This document shows, in pieces, positions 8,370-18,517 of a stretch of DNA of 64,000 bases (its first letter is position 1; each line of letters starts with the position of its first letter). The DNA is taken from positions 131,127 through 195,126 of the forward strand of contig CAVZKB010000015.1 of the NCBI GenBank assembly GCA_963775755.1, in the 5' to 3' direction. The notes beneath the pieces were generated by a model. It made no database searches. It saw only the letters and a program-made list of their open reading frames with translations, and had not been told where the DNA came from. A program made the translations under genes and the position numbers. This DNA comes from an uncultured Actinomycetes bacterium. GTDB taxonomy: Bacteria > Actinomycetota > UBA4738 > HRBIN12.

Positions 8370-9880
8370 CCCCGAACGACCCGCGGAAGGGGGCGCGGGT
8401 AAGCTCGGGGGCGGTGACAGCCGCCTTCCCCCCTGTTCCGCTCGCCCACCTGGTTGCCGCCGCCCCGGGAGCGACGCTGCGCGGCGACGGGGAGATCCTG
8501 GTCGCCGACATCGCGTTCGATTCCAGGGAGGTGGTGCCGGGAGCGCTGTTCTTCTGCGTCCCCGGCCTCCACGTCGACGGGCATGCGTTCGCGCTCGACG
8601 CGATGGGCGCGGGCGCGGTGGCGTTCGTCGTGGAGCGATGGCTCGACGTCGGAGCCCCGCAGGCGCTCGTTCCCTCGGTTCGCCGCTCGATGGGGCCGAT
8701 ATCCGCGAGGGCGTTCGCGGATCCGGCGAAGTCGATGGCCACGGTGGGCGTGACCGGCACGAACGGCAAGACCACCGTTACGTACCTGCTGGGCTCGATC
8801 TTCGAGGCCGCCGGCTGGACCGCCGGCGTGGTGGGGACGACCGGCGCGAGCGTTGCCGGCGAACCGGTCCCGCTGGCTCGCACGACACCGGAGGCGCCCG
8901 ATCTTCACCGGCTCCTTGCGAGGATGCGCGACCACGGCGTTCGGGGCGCGGCGATGGAGGTCTCGTCGCACGCGCTCGCACAGCGTCGTGTCGACGGCGT
9001 CGTCTTCGACGTCGCGGTCTTCACGAACCTGTCGCAGGACCACCTGGATTTCCACGCCACGATGGAGGCGTACTTCGAGGCCAAGGCACGGCTCTTCACT
9101 CCGGAACATGCGACGCGAGCGGTCGTGAACGCCGACGACCCGTCCGGGCGAAGCCTCTTGCACGATGTCGCGATCCCCACGACGTCGTTCGGCACCGGCC
9201 CGGACGCGGAGCTTCGAGCTCGCGACGTCCTCGTCACCCGCGAGGGCATCGAGTGCATCGTGGACGGGATCGCGATCCGTTCTCGCCTGCGAGGAGCGTT
9301 CAACCTGGAGAACCTGCTTGCGGCCGCGGCCGCGGCGCGCGCGCTCGGCATCGACGATGACGCGATCCGGCGGGGGCTCGCGGCGCTCCGGGAGGTACCC
9401 GGGCGTATGGAGCCGATCGAGGCGGGGCAGGATTTCCTGGTGGTGGTGGACTACGCGCACACGCCGGATAGCATCCGAAGCGTGCTGCGCGCGTCGCGCC
9501 CGCTGACGTCCGGTCGCCTGATCCTCGTGTTCGGCTGCGGTGGGGATCGCGACCGTGCGAAGCGTTCCCCGATGGGCGCGGCGGCGACCGCGAACGCGGA
9601 CCTGACCGTGGTCACGACCGATAACCCCCGCTCCGAGGATCCGCTCGCGATCCTCTCCGACATCGAGCCGGGGGCGAAGGAAGGAGGCGGCGCCTTCGTG
9701 ATCGAGCCCGACCGGCGCGAGGCGATCCGGCTGGCGCTTCACGAAGCCGCCGCGGGTGACTTGGTCGTCATCGCGGGCAGGGGACATGAGCCGCTCCAAG
9801 AGCGCCGCGACGACGCGGTCCCGTTCGACGATCGCGTCGTCGCTCGCGAGGAGCTCGAGGCGCTGGGGGCCGGCCGATGA
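8366..9880 (+). CDS. murE: UDP-N-acetylmuramoyl-L-alanyl-D-glutamate--2,6-diaminopimelate ligase
   Basis: 504 aa Mur ligase. P-loop GVTGTNGKTT. DNPR motif (TTDNPRSEDP) indicates meso-DAP specificity. Confidence 0.9.
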   Translation: MTPNDPRKGARVSSGAVTAAFPPVPLAHLVAAAPGATLRGDGEILVADIAFDSREVVPGALFFCVPGLHVDGHAFALDAMGAGAVAFVVERWLDVGAPQALVPSVRRSMGPISARAFADPAKSMATVGVTGTNGKTTVTYLLGSIFEAAGWTAGVVGTTGASVAGEPVPLARTTPEAPDLHRLLARMRDHGVRGAAMEVSSHALAQRRVDGVVFDVAVFTNLSQDHLDFHATMEAYFEAKARLFTPEHATRAVVNADDPSGRSLLHDVAIPTTSFGTGPDAELRARDVLVTREGIECIVDGIAIRSRLRGAFNLENLLAAAAAARALGIDDDAIRRGLAALREVPGRMEPIEAGQDFLVVVDYAHTPDSIRSVLRASRPLTSGRLILVFGCGGDRDRAKRSPMGAAATANADLTVVTTDNPRSEDPLAILSDIEPGAKEGGGAFVIEPDRREAIRLALHEAAAGDLVVIAGRGHEPLQERRDDAVPFDDRVVAREELEALGAGR

Positions 9881-11238
9881 AGCCGCGGCGGATGACCGAT
9901 GTCGCGCGGGCGGTCGAAGGGCTGTTCCTCGGTGAGGACGTCGAGGTGACGTCCGTCGCCATCGACTCCCGAGAGATCTCGCCCGGTGCGCTGTTCGTGG
10001 CGCTCCCGGGCGAGCGGACCGACGGGGGCAGGTTCGTACCCGAGGCGTTCGCGAACGGCGCCGCCGGCGCCCTCGTGCGCGACGGGTTGGACGTGGACGG
10101 TCCGGCGGTGTCCGTGCGATCGACCGGCGAGGCGCTGATGATGCTCGCGCGCGACGAGCGAGCGAGGATGGACGCGACCGTGGTCGCCGTCACCGGGGCG
10201 AACGGCAAGACGTCCACCAAGGACATGGCGGCCGCCGTGCTCGCGACCAGCTTCTGCACGCACGCGAGCAGGAACTCGTTCAACAACGAGGTCGGTCTGC
10301 CGGTGACGATCCTCGGTGCGGCTCCCGACACGCAGGTCGTCGTCGCCGAGATGGGGGCGCGCCGGGTGGGGGATGTGGCCATCCTGTGCGGGATCGCGCG
10401 ACCCGATGTCGCGATCGTGACGAACGTGGGGGTCGCGCACCTGGAGGTCTTCGGCTCGTGGGAACGCATCGTCGAGGCGTCGGCGGAGCCGGTCGAAGCG
10501 CTGGGCCCGGACGGCGTCGCCGTGTTGAACGCCGACGATCACGTCGTCGCCGCCTATGCCGGCCGGACCGGGGCCCGTGTCGTGACGTTCGGGCTCGCCT
10601 CCGACGCGGACGTGCGTGCGGAGGACGTGTCCCTGGGGCCGGACGGTCGATCATCCTTCACATTGGTGTGCGGGACCGAGCGCGCACCGGTGACGCTCGC
10701 CGTCCCGGGCGAGCACATGGTGTCGAACGCGCTGGCGGCCGTGGCGGTCGGTGTGACGCTCGGCGTGCGGCTCGCCGAGTGCGCCGAAGCATTGTCGCGC
10801 GCGGAGGTATCGCCGTGGCGGATGGAGACGTTCACGACGGCGTCCGGCGTTCGGGTCGTCAACGACGCGTACAACGCGAATCCCGAATCGATGGCGGCGG
10901 CGCTGCGCGCCGCGCGGTGGATGGCGGGGGAGGGTCACCTCATCGCCGTGCTCGGAACCATGGCCGAGCTGGGGCCGATCTCGGAGAGGGAGCATGAACG
11001 CATAGGCGAGCTGGCGGCCCGGATCCGCGTCGACCGCCTGATCGTGGTCGGCGCCGCGGCGCGTCAGATCGCCGATGCGGGTCTGCGCGAAGGTGTCGAG
11101 CCCGACAACGTCGCCTGCTACGACGACCCCGACGACGTGTTGGGCGACGTCCGGAGGTCGGCGCGACCCGGCGACCTCGTGCTGTTCAAGGGATCGCGCG
11201 TCGCGGGCCTCGAACGGCTCGCGGAGGCCCTGCGGTGA
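9877..11238 (+). CDS. murF: UDP-N-acetylmuramoyl-tripeptide--D-alanyl-D-alanine ligase
   Basis: 453 aa Mur ligase. P-loop VTGANGKTSTK. Positioned between murE and mraY. Confidence 0.9.
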   Translation: MKPRRMTDVARAVEGLFLGEDVEVTSVAIDSREISPGALFVALPGERTDGGRFVPEAFANGAAGALVRDGLDVDGPAVSVRSTGEALMMLARDERARMDATVVAVTGANGKTSTKDMAAAVLATSFCTHASRNSFNNEVGLPVTILGAAPDTQVVVAEMGARRVGDVAILCGIARPDVAIVTNVGVAHLEVFGSWERIVEASAEPVEALGPDGVAVLNADDHVVAAYAGRTGARVVTFGLASDADVRAEDVSLGPDGRSSFTLVCGTERAPVTLAVPGEHMVSNALAAVAVGVTLGVRLAECAEALSRAEVSPWRMETFTTASGVRVVNDAYNANPESMAAALRAARWMAGEGHLIAVLGTMAELGPISEREHERIGELAARIRVDRLIVVGAAARQIADAGLREGVEPDNVACYDDPDDVLGDVRRSARPGDLVLFKGSRVAGLERLAEALR

Positions 11239-12293
11239 AGTCCATCCTCGTCGCCGCCGCCATCGCGCTGGCCGTCACCCTGCTCGGTACCCCGATCGCG
11301 ATCAAGGCGTTCCGCGTCTGGGGATGGGGTCAGCGGATCCGCGAAGACGGCCCTCACACGCATATGGAGAAGATGGGCACGCCCACCATGGGCGGCATCG
11401 TCATCCTGATCGGGTTGTTCGCAGGTTTCCTCGCCTCGAGGTTCACGTTCCAACACGTCACGCCTTCAGGCTTGGCGCTGCTATTCACCGCGGTCGGCTT
11501 CGGGGTCGTGGGGTTCCTCGACGACTTCCTGAAGGTCCGTCGCGATCGATCCCTGGGGCTGACGAAGCTCCAGAAGTTCGTGGGCACCGCGATCGTCTCG
11601 ATCCTGTTCGCGCTGCTCGTCGTCCACTACTCCGGAGAGACCGGCACGTCGACGCAGTTGTCGTTCGTGCGCACCACGGGGCTGCATCTCGGGGTGTTGT
11701 TCTACGTCTGGGCGTTCGTGATCCTCACGTCGTCGTCGCACTCGGTGAACCTCACCGACGGGCTCGACGGATTGGCGTCCGGCTCTTCCATCCTGGTGCT
11801 GACGGCGTTCATGTTCATCGCGTTCTGGCAGTTCCGGCACGCCTGCGGCCTGGGTCCGCCCGAGGCGTGCTACGCGATCGATGCCGACACGGCGCTCGAC
11901 ACCGCGATCGTCGCCGCCGCCATGATGGGCGCCGTCACCGGGTTCCTGTGGTGGAACGCGGCGCCGGCGAGGATCTTCATGGGGGACACCGGCTCGCTCG
12001 CCCTCGGCGGCCTGTTCGGCGCCCTCGCGATCACCCTCAACACGCAGCTCCTGCTGATCGTCGTGGGCGGCCTGTTCGTGATGGAGACGATGTCGGTCAT
12101 CCTGCAGGTGATCTCGTTCCGGGGGTTCGGTCGCAGGATCTTCCGCATGTCGCCGATCCACCATCACTTCGAGCTCGCCGGCTGGCCCGAGTTCACCGTC
12201 ATCGTGCGGTTCTGGATCATCGCGGGGCTCTGCGTCGCGGTGGGGATCGGTCTCTTCTACGTGGACTTCATCAGCAAGGGCGGCCTCGGATGA
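11235..12293 (+). CDS. mraY: Phospho-N-acetylmuramoyl-pentapeptide transferase
   Basis: 352 aa polytopic membrane protein with MraY motifs (MGDTGSLALGG, HHHFEL). Confidence 0.9.
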   Translation: MKSILVAAAIALAVTLLGTPIAIKAFRVWGWGQRIREDGPHTHMEKMGTPTMGGIVILIGLFAGFLASRFTFQHVTPSGLALLFTAVGFGVVGFLDDFLKVRRDRSLGLTKLQKFVGTAIVSILFALLVVHYSGETGTSTQLSFVRTTGLHLGVLFYVWAFVILTSSSHSVNLTDGLDGLASGSSILVLTAFMFIAFWQFRHACGLGPPEACYAIDADTALDTAIVAAAMMGAVTGFLWWNAAPARIFMGDTGSLALGGLFGALAITLNTQLLLIVVGGLFVMETMSVILQVISFRGFGRRIFRMSPIHHHFELAGWPEFTVIVRFWIIAGLCVAVGIGLFYVDFISKGGLG

Positions 12294-13639
12294 ACGTGGA
12301 CCTCCGGGACCGGCGGGTCGTCGTGGTGGGTGCGGGGGTCGCAGGGTCGGCCGCGGCGGAGGCGCTCGTCATCGGGGGCGCCGACGTGTTGGTGAGCGAG
12401 TCGCGCCCCTCCGGCGAGCTCGACTCTCTGCGGCACCTGCGAGAACTGGGCGTCGACGTCGCGGCCGGGGGTCATGAACCGTCGCACCTGGACGGCGCGA
12501 CGCTCGTCGTCACCAGCCCGGGGGTTCCGCAGGACGCGCCCGTCCTCGCGTGGGCCGCGGAGCGGGGCGTTCCCGTCTGGGGCGAGCTCGAGCTGGGCGC
12601 GAGGCTCTGCGAGGTTCCGTACCTGGCGGTGACCGGAACCAACGGCAAGACCACGACGACGGGGATGATCGCGTCGTGCCTGCGGGCCGCAGGCCACGAC
12701 GCGATCGCCTGCGGCAACATCGGCCACCCCTTCCCGCTCGCGGTTCGGCAGGGACACGACGTGCTGGTGGTCGAGGCGTCCTCGTTCCAGCTGCGGTTCG
12801 TCGAGACGTTCCGCCCACGCGTCTCCGTCCTGCTGAACCTGGCTCCCGACCATCTGGACTGGCACGGATCCGAGCAGGCCTACGTCGAGGCGAAACGGAA
12901 CATCCTTCGAGCCCAGGGCGAAGGCGACACGCACGTGGGCAACCGTGACGATGCCCGCGCCGCCGCGGTATCGGCGGGAGCCCCCTGCCACGTGGTCTGG
13001 TTCCGGCGGGGAGCGCCGGAAGAGGGCGAGGTCGGCTACATCGACGAGACATTGCTGTTCCGTGGCGCGCAGACCGAGTCGCTGGGGCCGGTCGACGGCG
13101 AACGTGCGGGATACCGCGAGGACGCCGCGGCCGCCGCGGCCGCGAGCCTCGCGTTCGGAGCGTCGCCCGAGGCGGTCCGGCGCGGTATCGCGGGCTTCAC
13201 GCCCGCTCACCATCGCGGCGAGGTCGTCGCGCTCGTCGACGGTGTGCGCTTCGTCGACAACTCGAAGGCGACGAACGTGCACGCCGCGCTCGCCGCGATC
13301 GACGGGGTCGAAGATGCGGTGTTGATCGCCGGCGGTCGAGCGAAAGGCGTCGACCTCATGCCGCTCCGGTCTCGCTCCGATCGGCTCGCGGGGGTCGTTG
13401 CGATCGGCGAATCCGCCTCCGAGATCGAGTCCGTCTTCGACGGGCTGGTGCCCGTACGCCGTGCCGGGACGATCGAAGAGGCGACGGCAGCATCGCTGGC
13501 GCTCGCGCCGCGGCCGGGAACGGTGTTGCTCGCGCCGGCCTGCGCCAGTTGGGACATGTTCCGGGACTACGCGGAGCGCGGCGACCGTTTCGCGGCGGCG
13601 GCGCGTGCCTTGATGGAAGAGGTGGCCGCCCGTGGCTGA
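12290..13639 (+). CDS. murD: UDP-N-acetylmuramoylalanine--D-glutamate ligase
   Basis: Long ORF 11075..13639 trimmed to the ATG at 12290 (MNVDLRDRRVVVVGAGVAGSAAAE...). That ATG overlaps the mraY stop as ATGA. P-loop VTGTNGKTTTT. Confidence 0.9.
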   Translation: MNVDLRDRRVVVVGAGVAGSAAAEALVIGGADVLVSESRPSGELDSLRHLRELGVDVAAGGHEPSHLDGATLVVTSPGVPQDAPVLAWAAERGVPVWGELELGARLCEVPYLAVTGTNGKTTTTGMIASCLRAAGHDAIACGNIGHPFPLAVRQGHDVLVVEASSFQLRFVETFRPRVSVLLNLAPDHLDWHGSEQAYVEAKRNILRAQGEGDTHVGNRDDARAAAVSAGAPCHVVWFRRGAPEEGEVGYIDETLLFRGAQTESLGPVDGERAGYREDAAAAAAASLAFGASPEAVRRGIAGFTPAHHRGEVVALVDGVRFVDNSKATNVHAALAAIDGVEDAVLIAGGRAKGVDLMPLRSRSDRLAGVVAIGESASEIESVFDGLVPVRRAGTIEEATAASLALAPRPGTVLLAPACASWDMFRDYAERGDRFAAAARALMEEVAARG

Positions 13640-14978
13640 TCGCGCGGTGACGAGACGCTCGGCCGCCGGAGGAGGGCTTGGGGGGCGCATCGCGACGCCG
13701 AAGCGCGGGAACGGTCACGCATCGGTGCGAACCCACACCCGGAAGACGAAGCTCCGCGTCGTGCGGACGCCTGTCCGGCGTCCGAGGAAGGACCCCGCGG
13801 CCGCGGCGCGAACCAGCGTGATCATCCTGCTCGTGTCCGCGGCCCTGCTCACGACGATCGGCGTCGTCGAGGTGTTCTCCGCCAGCTCCGTGTACGCGTT
13901 CACGAACTACGACAACAGCTTCTGGTTCCTCGAACGGCAGGCCGTCTACGCGGCGATCGGGGTCGGTGCGTTGCTCCTGACGGCACGGATGCGATACACG
14001 GCGTGGCGCCGGTTGTCGGGGCCGCTCGTAGTCGTCTCTGCGGTGCTCCTGCTCCTGGCGCTGCACCCGACGGCCGGTTCGTCGGTCTACGGCGCGTCGC
14101 GCTGGATCGGCCTGGGACCGCTCACGCTGCAACCGTCGGAGTTCGCGAAGCTCGCACTGATCGCCTTCACCGCCGCGATCTTGTCGCAGAAGGAGGGCAA
14201 GCTCGACGACTGGCTGCACCTCGCGCTGCCGCTCGGTCCCGTCGTGCTGCTGGTCGCCGCGATCGTGATGCTCCAGCGAGATCTGGGCACGACGATCGTG
14301 ATCGTCGGGAGCGTGTTGATGATGCTGTTCGTCGGTGGGGCGCGGCTGCGTCACCTGGTGGTGACGGGCGTCCTCTCGATGGGCGGTCTCGCATACCTCA
14401 TCTTCGGAACGGCCTACCGTCGAGCCCGGTTCCTATCGTTCTTCGATCCCTGGAAGGATCCGTTGAGCCACGGCTATCAGCTCATCCAAGGGTTGATCGC
14501 GCTCGGATCCGGCGGGTGGTTCGGGGTGGGGCTGGGAGCCAGCCGCCAGAAGTGGGCCTACCTGCCGAACGCCCACACGGACTTCATCTTCGCGGTGCTG
14601 GGCGAGGAACTGGGACTGCTGGGCGAGTTCGTGGTGCTGATCCTGTTCGCGGCGATGATCTACGCCGGGATCCGCATCGCGGTTCGCGCCCCGGACACGT
14701 TCGGACGGCTCCTGGCGGCCGGCATCACGTCGTGGATCGGGCTGCAGGCGATCGTGAACCTCGGAGCCGTGACCGGGCTCTTGCCGATCACCGGCGTCCC
14801 GCTGCCTTTCGTCTCGTTCGGTGGGAGCGCGTTGATCGTCGCGCTGGGGGCCGTGGGCGTCCTCGCCTCGATCGCCCGCGCGGGTGGGGGATCCCGGACG
14901 GGCCTGGGGTCTCGAAAGGGTGCGCGCAAGGAAGGAACGGGCCGGTCGCGCACCTCGACGCGACGGACACCGGCGTGA
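13632..14978 (+). CDS. ftsW: Peptidoglycan glycosyltransferase FtsW (SEDS family)
   Basis: 448 aa. Ten predicted TM helices and SEDS motifs. Basic Pro-rich N-terminal and C-terminal tails are typical of actinobacterial FtsW. Confidence 0.9.
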   Translation: MADRAVTRRSAAGGGLGGRIATPKRGNGHASVRTHTRKTKLRVVRTPVRRPRKDPAAAARTSVIILLVSAALLTTIGVVEVFSASSVYAFTNYDNSFWFLERQAVYAAIGVGALLLTARMRYTAWRRLSGPLVVVSAVLLLLALHPTAGSSVYGASRWIGLGPLTLQPSEFAKLALIAFTAAILSQKEGKLDDWLHLALPLGPVVLLVAAIVMLQRDLGTTIVIVGSVLMMLFVGGARLRHLVVTGVLSMGGLAYLIFGTAYRRARFLSFFDPWKDPLSHGYQLIQGLIALGSGGWFGVGLGASRQKWAYLPNAHTDFIFAVLGEELGLLGEFVVLILFAAMIYAGIRIAVRAPDTFGRLLAAGITSWIGLQAIVNLGAVTGLLPITGVPLPFVSFGGSALIVALGAVGVLASIARAGGGSRTGLGSRKGARKEGTGRSRTSTRRTPA

Positions 14979-16081
14979 ACGTGGTGATCGCGGCCGGGGG
15001 AACGGGCGGACACATCTTCCCCGCGCTCGCCCTCGCGGATGCGTTGGTTCGCGAGCATGACGCGGAGGTCCGGTTCATCGGATCGCGCGACGGCCCGGAG
15101 GCGACGCGCATCCCCGCAGCGGGGTTCCGCTTCGACGGGGTCGCGGCCGCCCCGTTCGTCCGCGAGGTGTCGATGCGCGCTGCGAAAGCTCCGGTGATCG
15201 CCGCGCGGTCGGTGTTCGCGTGCACCCCATTGGTGCGGGGGGCAGACGTCGCTGTCGGGCTGGGGGGGTACGTGAGCGTGCCGCCGATCCTGGCGGCCAG
15301 GCGCGCGCACATCCCCATCGTCCTGCACAACCCCGACGCCGTCCTGGGATTGGCGAACCGCCTCCTCGCCCGGTCGGCCACCGTGATCGCGGTCGCGTTC
15401 GACGACGCCCGCGGACGGATACGGGGCGATGCTCGCGTCGAGACGATCGGCTACCCCGTGCGCCGAGAGATCCTCGACGTGCCTGAGCACCGTGACGAGC
15501 TGGTCGCCGAGGCCCGCACGGTGTTAGGTCTCGATCCGGCTCGGCGGACGGTCATGGTCACGGGCGGCAGCCAAGGCGCGTTGCATCTCGACCAGGTCGT
15601 CGCGGCCTCGCTGCCGGTCTTCGCCGAACGTTCGGACCTCCAACTCCTGGTGCTGACGGGTCCGGGTCGCGAGGCGGAGGTGGCCGGTCCGGCGGCGCGG
15701 GTCGATGCCGCTCGGGTCGTCGTGGTTCCGTTCCTCGATCGCATGGAGCTGGCGTACGCGGCGGCCGACCTGGTGGTGTCCCGCGCGGGAGCCACGACCG
15801 TCGCCGAGCTCGCGGTCTGCGGGCTCCCCTCGGTGCTGGTGCCCTACCCCTACGCCACCGAGAACCATCAGGACGCGAACGCCCGCGAGCTCGCGCGCAT
15901 CGGCGCGGCCGTCGTGGTGCCCGATGCCGAGCTCACGCCGTCCCTGTTCGCGCGATCGGTGCTCGACCTCATGGATGACCCCGAGCGGCTCGCTTCCATG
16001 GCGGCGTGTGCTCGCGGTTGGGCAAAGCCGGACGCGGCCGAGCGGTTCGCCTCGCTGGTGGCGGGGGCGGCGAAGAGATGA
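14975..16081 (+). CDS. murG: UDP-GlcNAc:lipid I N-acetylglucosaminyltransferase
   Basis: ORF 14003..16081 trimmed to the GTG at 14975 (VNVVIAAGGTGGHIFPALALA...), overlapping the ftsW stop as GTGA. MurG G-loops GGTGGH and GGSQGA. Start is uncertain by a few codons. Confidence 0.85.
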   Translation: MNVVIAAGGTGGHIFPALALADALVREHDAEVRFIGSRDGPEATRIPAAGFRFDGVAAAPFVREVSMRAAKAPVIAARSVFACTPLVRGADVAVGLGGYVSVPPILAARRAHIPIVLHNPDAVLGLANRLLARSATVIAVAFDDARGRIRGDARVETIGYPVRREILDVPEHRDELVAEARTVLGLDPARRTVMVTGGSQGALHLDQVVAASLPVFAERSDLQLLVLTGPGREAEVAGPAARVDAARVVVVPFLDRMELAYAAADLVVSRAGATTVAELAVCGLPSVLVPYPYATENHQDANARELARIGAAVVVPDAELTPSLFARSVLDLMDDPERLASMAACARGWAKPDAAERFASLVAGAAKR

Positions 16082-17520
16082 ACGAGCCCCGGCCCCGGTA
16101 CTCGCCACCGCCCGGGAGCATCCCGACGCTCCACGTGCCGTCGCTCGAGGGCATCGCCCGTCTCCACCTGATCGGGATCGGCGGCGCGGGCATGCGGAAC
16201 CTGGCGAAGCTCCTGCTCGCCCGAGGGATCGCCGTCGGCGGCTCGGACCTCAAGGATTCGAAGGGGCTCGCCGAGCTCCAGGCCTTGGGTGCCGACGTCG
16301 AGGTCGGTCACGATCCGACGCATGTAGCGGAACTCGTCCCGGACGCCGTCGTCGTGTCGAGTGCGATCGGGGAACGCAACGTCGAGCTCGCGGAGGCTCG
16401 GCGCCGCGGGATACCGGTCTGGGCGCGCGCGCAAGCGCTCGCCGCCCTGACCGCCGGCAAACGCGGCATCGCGGTGGCCGGCACGCACGGCAAGACCACC
16501 ACGACATCCATGCTCTCCGTCGTGCTCGAGCGCGCGGGGCTCGACCCGAGCTTCTTGGTGGGTGGCGACATGAACGAGAGCGGAAGCGGCGCACGCTCCG
16601 GAGCCGGGGAGCTCTTCGTCTTCGAATCCGATGAGAGCGACGGGTCCTTCCTCCTGGCCCCACATCCGATCGGCGTCGTGACGAACGTGGATGTCGACCA
16701 CGTGGACTTCTATCCAGGCGGGCGTGACGAGATCCGGGCGGCGTTCGCCGAGTTCATGGAGCAGTGCGAGCTCGTCGTGGCTTGCGGCGACGACGACGGC
16801 GTTCGCGCCGCGATCTCGCTCGCCGACGCGCACGTCACGACGTATGGAACGGATCCGGGGAACGATTGGAGGCTCGCGGTCGACGCGGTGGGGCCGGGCG
16901 GTGCGCGCGGGGTGGTGACGGGCCCGGACGGAACCGTGACGGAGCTGGCGCTCCGGGTGGACGGGGTCCACAACCTCCTGAACGCCGTCGCGGCCGTGGC
17001 GACCGCCGCGTCCGTGGGGGTCGCGCCGGGTGCAGCAGCCGATACGCTCGCGGGATTCTCTGGCGTCCGGCGCCGCTTCGAGCTCCGGGGGGCGGCACGC
17101 GGCGCCGATTTCTACGACGACTACGGCCACGTCCCGGTCGAGCTGGCGGTGACGTTGGGAGTCGCCCGTCGCATCGGTCCGACTCGGCTCGTTGCGGTAT
17201 TCCAGCCCCACCGGTACTCGCGGACGCAGGCGCTCTGGCGTGAGCTCGGCGCGAGCCTGACCGAGGCGGACGTCGTGGTGGTGACCGACGTCTACGGAGC
17301 CGACCAGACGCCGATCCCCGGCGTCACGGGGAAGCTCGTCGTCGACGGCATCACCGAGGCTTCGGCAGCCACCCGCGTCGTGTACCTGCCGCATCGCCAA
17401 GACGTCGTGCGGTTCCTCGGCGACGAGGTCCGCGCGGGGGATCTGGTCGTCACGATGGGCTGCGGCGACGTCTGGATGTTGGGCGATGCCGCGCTCGAGC
17501 GGATCCGGGAGGCGTCGTGA
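16078..17520 (+). CDS. murC: UDP-N-acetylmuramate--L-alanine ligase
   Basis: ORF 16006..17520 trimmed to the ATG at 16078 (MNEPRPRYSPPPG...), overlapping the murG stop as ATGA. P-loop AVAGTHGKTTTT. Confidence 0.9.
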   Translation: MNEPRPRYSPPPGSIPTLHVPSLEGIARLHLIGIGGAGMRNLAKLLLARGIAVGGSDLKDSKGLAELQALGADVEVGHDPTHVAELVPDAVVVSSAIGERNVELAEARRRGIPVWARAQALAALTAGKRGIAVAGTHGKTTTTSMLSVVLERAGLDPSFLVGGDMNESGSGARSGAGELFVFESDESDGSFLLAPHPIGVVTNVDVDHVDFYPGGRDEIRAAFAEFMEQCELVVACGDDDGVRAAISLADAHVTTYGTDPGNDWRLAVDAVGPGGARGVVTGPDGTVTELALRVDGVHNLLNAVAAVATAASVGVAPGAAADTLAGFSGVRRRFELRGAARGADFYDDYGHVPVELAVTLGVARRIGPTRLVAVFQPHRYSRTQALWRELGASLTEADVVVVTDVYGADQTPIPGVTGKLVVDGITEASAATRVVYLPHRQDVVRFLGDEVRAGDLVVTMGCGDVWMLGDAALERIREAS

Positions 17521-18449
17521 GCGAGCAGCTCACCCACGCCGAGGGCATCTTGCGAGCGGCGTGCGGCGACCGGGTCCGGACCGCCTTCCCGCTCGCCCCG
17601 CTCACGTCGTTCCGCCTCGGCGGACCCGCGGCGCTGTATCTCGAGCCGGAGTCCGACTCCGACCTGGCGGCCGCGGGCGAGGCGATCGTTGCGACGGATG
17701 TTCCGTTCGTGGTGATCGGCAAGGGCTCCAACATCTTGGTGTCGGATGCGGGGTTCCCGGGCCTGGTGCTGCGTCTGGGCCGCGGCTACCGTTGGGTGGC
17801 GCGAGAGGGTGATCGGCTGACCGCGGGGGGCTCGATCCCGCTCCCGGCGCTCTCCGGTGTCGCGTTGCGGCACGGTCTCGCGGGTCTGGAGTTCGGCGTC
17901 GCGATCCCGGCCACGCTGGGCGGGGCTATCCGCATGAACGCGGGGGCACACGGGGGAACGATGGCCGACGTGGTCGAGCGCGTCGTGACCTACCGCCTAC
18001 GGGACGGGCGCGCGGAGACCGTCCGGGGGAAGGATGCGGGGTTCGCGTACCGGCATTCCGCCCTGGCCGAGGACGCGGTCGTGACGGGTGGGGTCCTCCG
18101 GCTGGAGACGGGAGAGGCATCCGAGATCCACTCCCGGATGGATCAGGCGCGGGGATGGCGCCGCCGGACGCAGCCGCTCGCCGAGCCGAACTGCGGAAGC
18201 GTCTTCGCCAATCCCGAGGGAGACCACGCGGCTCGCCTGATCGACGCGGCGGGAGGGAAAGGCCGCCGGGTTGGAGGCGCCTCCGTTTCGACCAAGCACG
18301 CGAACTTCATCGTCGCCGAGCCCGGATCGCGCTCGTCCGACGTGCTGACGCTCATCCGGGATATCCAACAGCTGGTGCAGGACACGGCCGGCGTCGTGCT
18401 CGTGCCGGAGGTCAAGCTGATCGGAGCGTTCGATGATGCCCGACGCTGA
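17517..18449 (+). CDS. murB: UDP-N-acetylenolpyruvoylglucosamine reductase
   Basis: 310 aa. FAD-binding domain (FRLGGPA...VIGKGSNIL) and MurB C-terminal domain. Overlaps murC as ATGA/GTGA. Confidence 0.9.
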   Translation: MSEQLTHAEGILRAACGDRVRTAFPLAPLTSFRLGGPAALYLEPESDSDLAAAGEAIVATDVPFVVIGKGSNILVSDAGFPGLVLRLGRGYRWVAREGDRLTAGGSIPLPALSGVALRHGLAGLEFGVAIPATLGGAIRMNAGAHGGTMADVVERVVTYRLRDGRAETVRGKDAGFAYRHSALAEDAVVTGGVLRLETGEASEIHSRMDQARGWRRRTQPLAEPNCGSVFANPEGDHAARLIDAAGGKGRRVGGASVSTKHANFIVAEPGSRSSDVLTLIRDIQQLVQDTAGVVLVPEVKLIGAFDDARR

Positions 18450-18517
18450 ACCGGCCGCCGAGGCCGTGGACGCTCGAAGATGCGGTCACCGACGCCATCG
18501 CCGGCCGCGGCGCGTCG

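Noticed and set aside
11075-13639. 854-aa ORF suggesting a much longer MurD
   Set aside because: The N-terminal 405 codons are an out-of-frame read-through of mraY. MurD begins at the ATG at 12290, which overlaps the mraY stop.
14003-16081. 692-aa ORF suggesting an extended MurG
   Set aside because: The N-terminal ~320 codons overlap ftsW in another phase. MurG's conserved N-terminus (VVIAAGGTGGH) starts at 14975.
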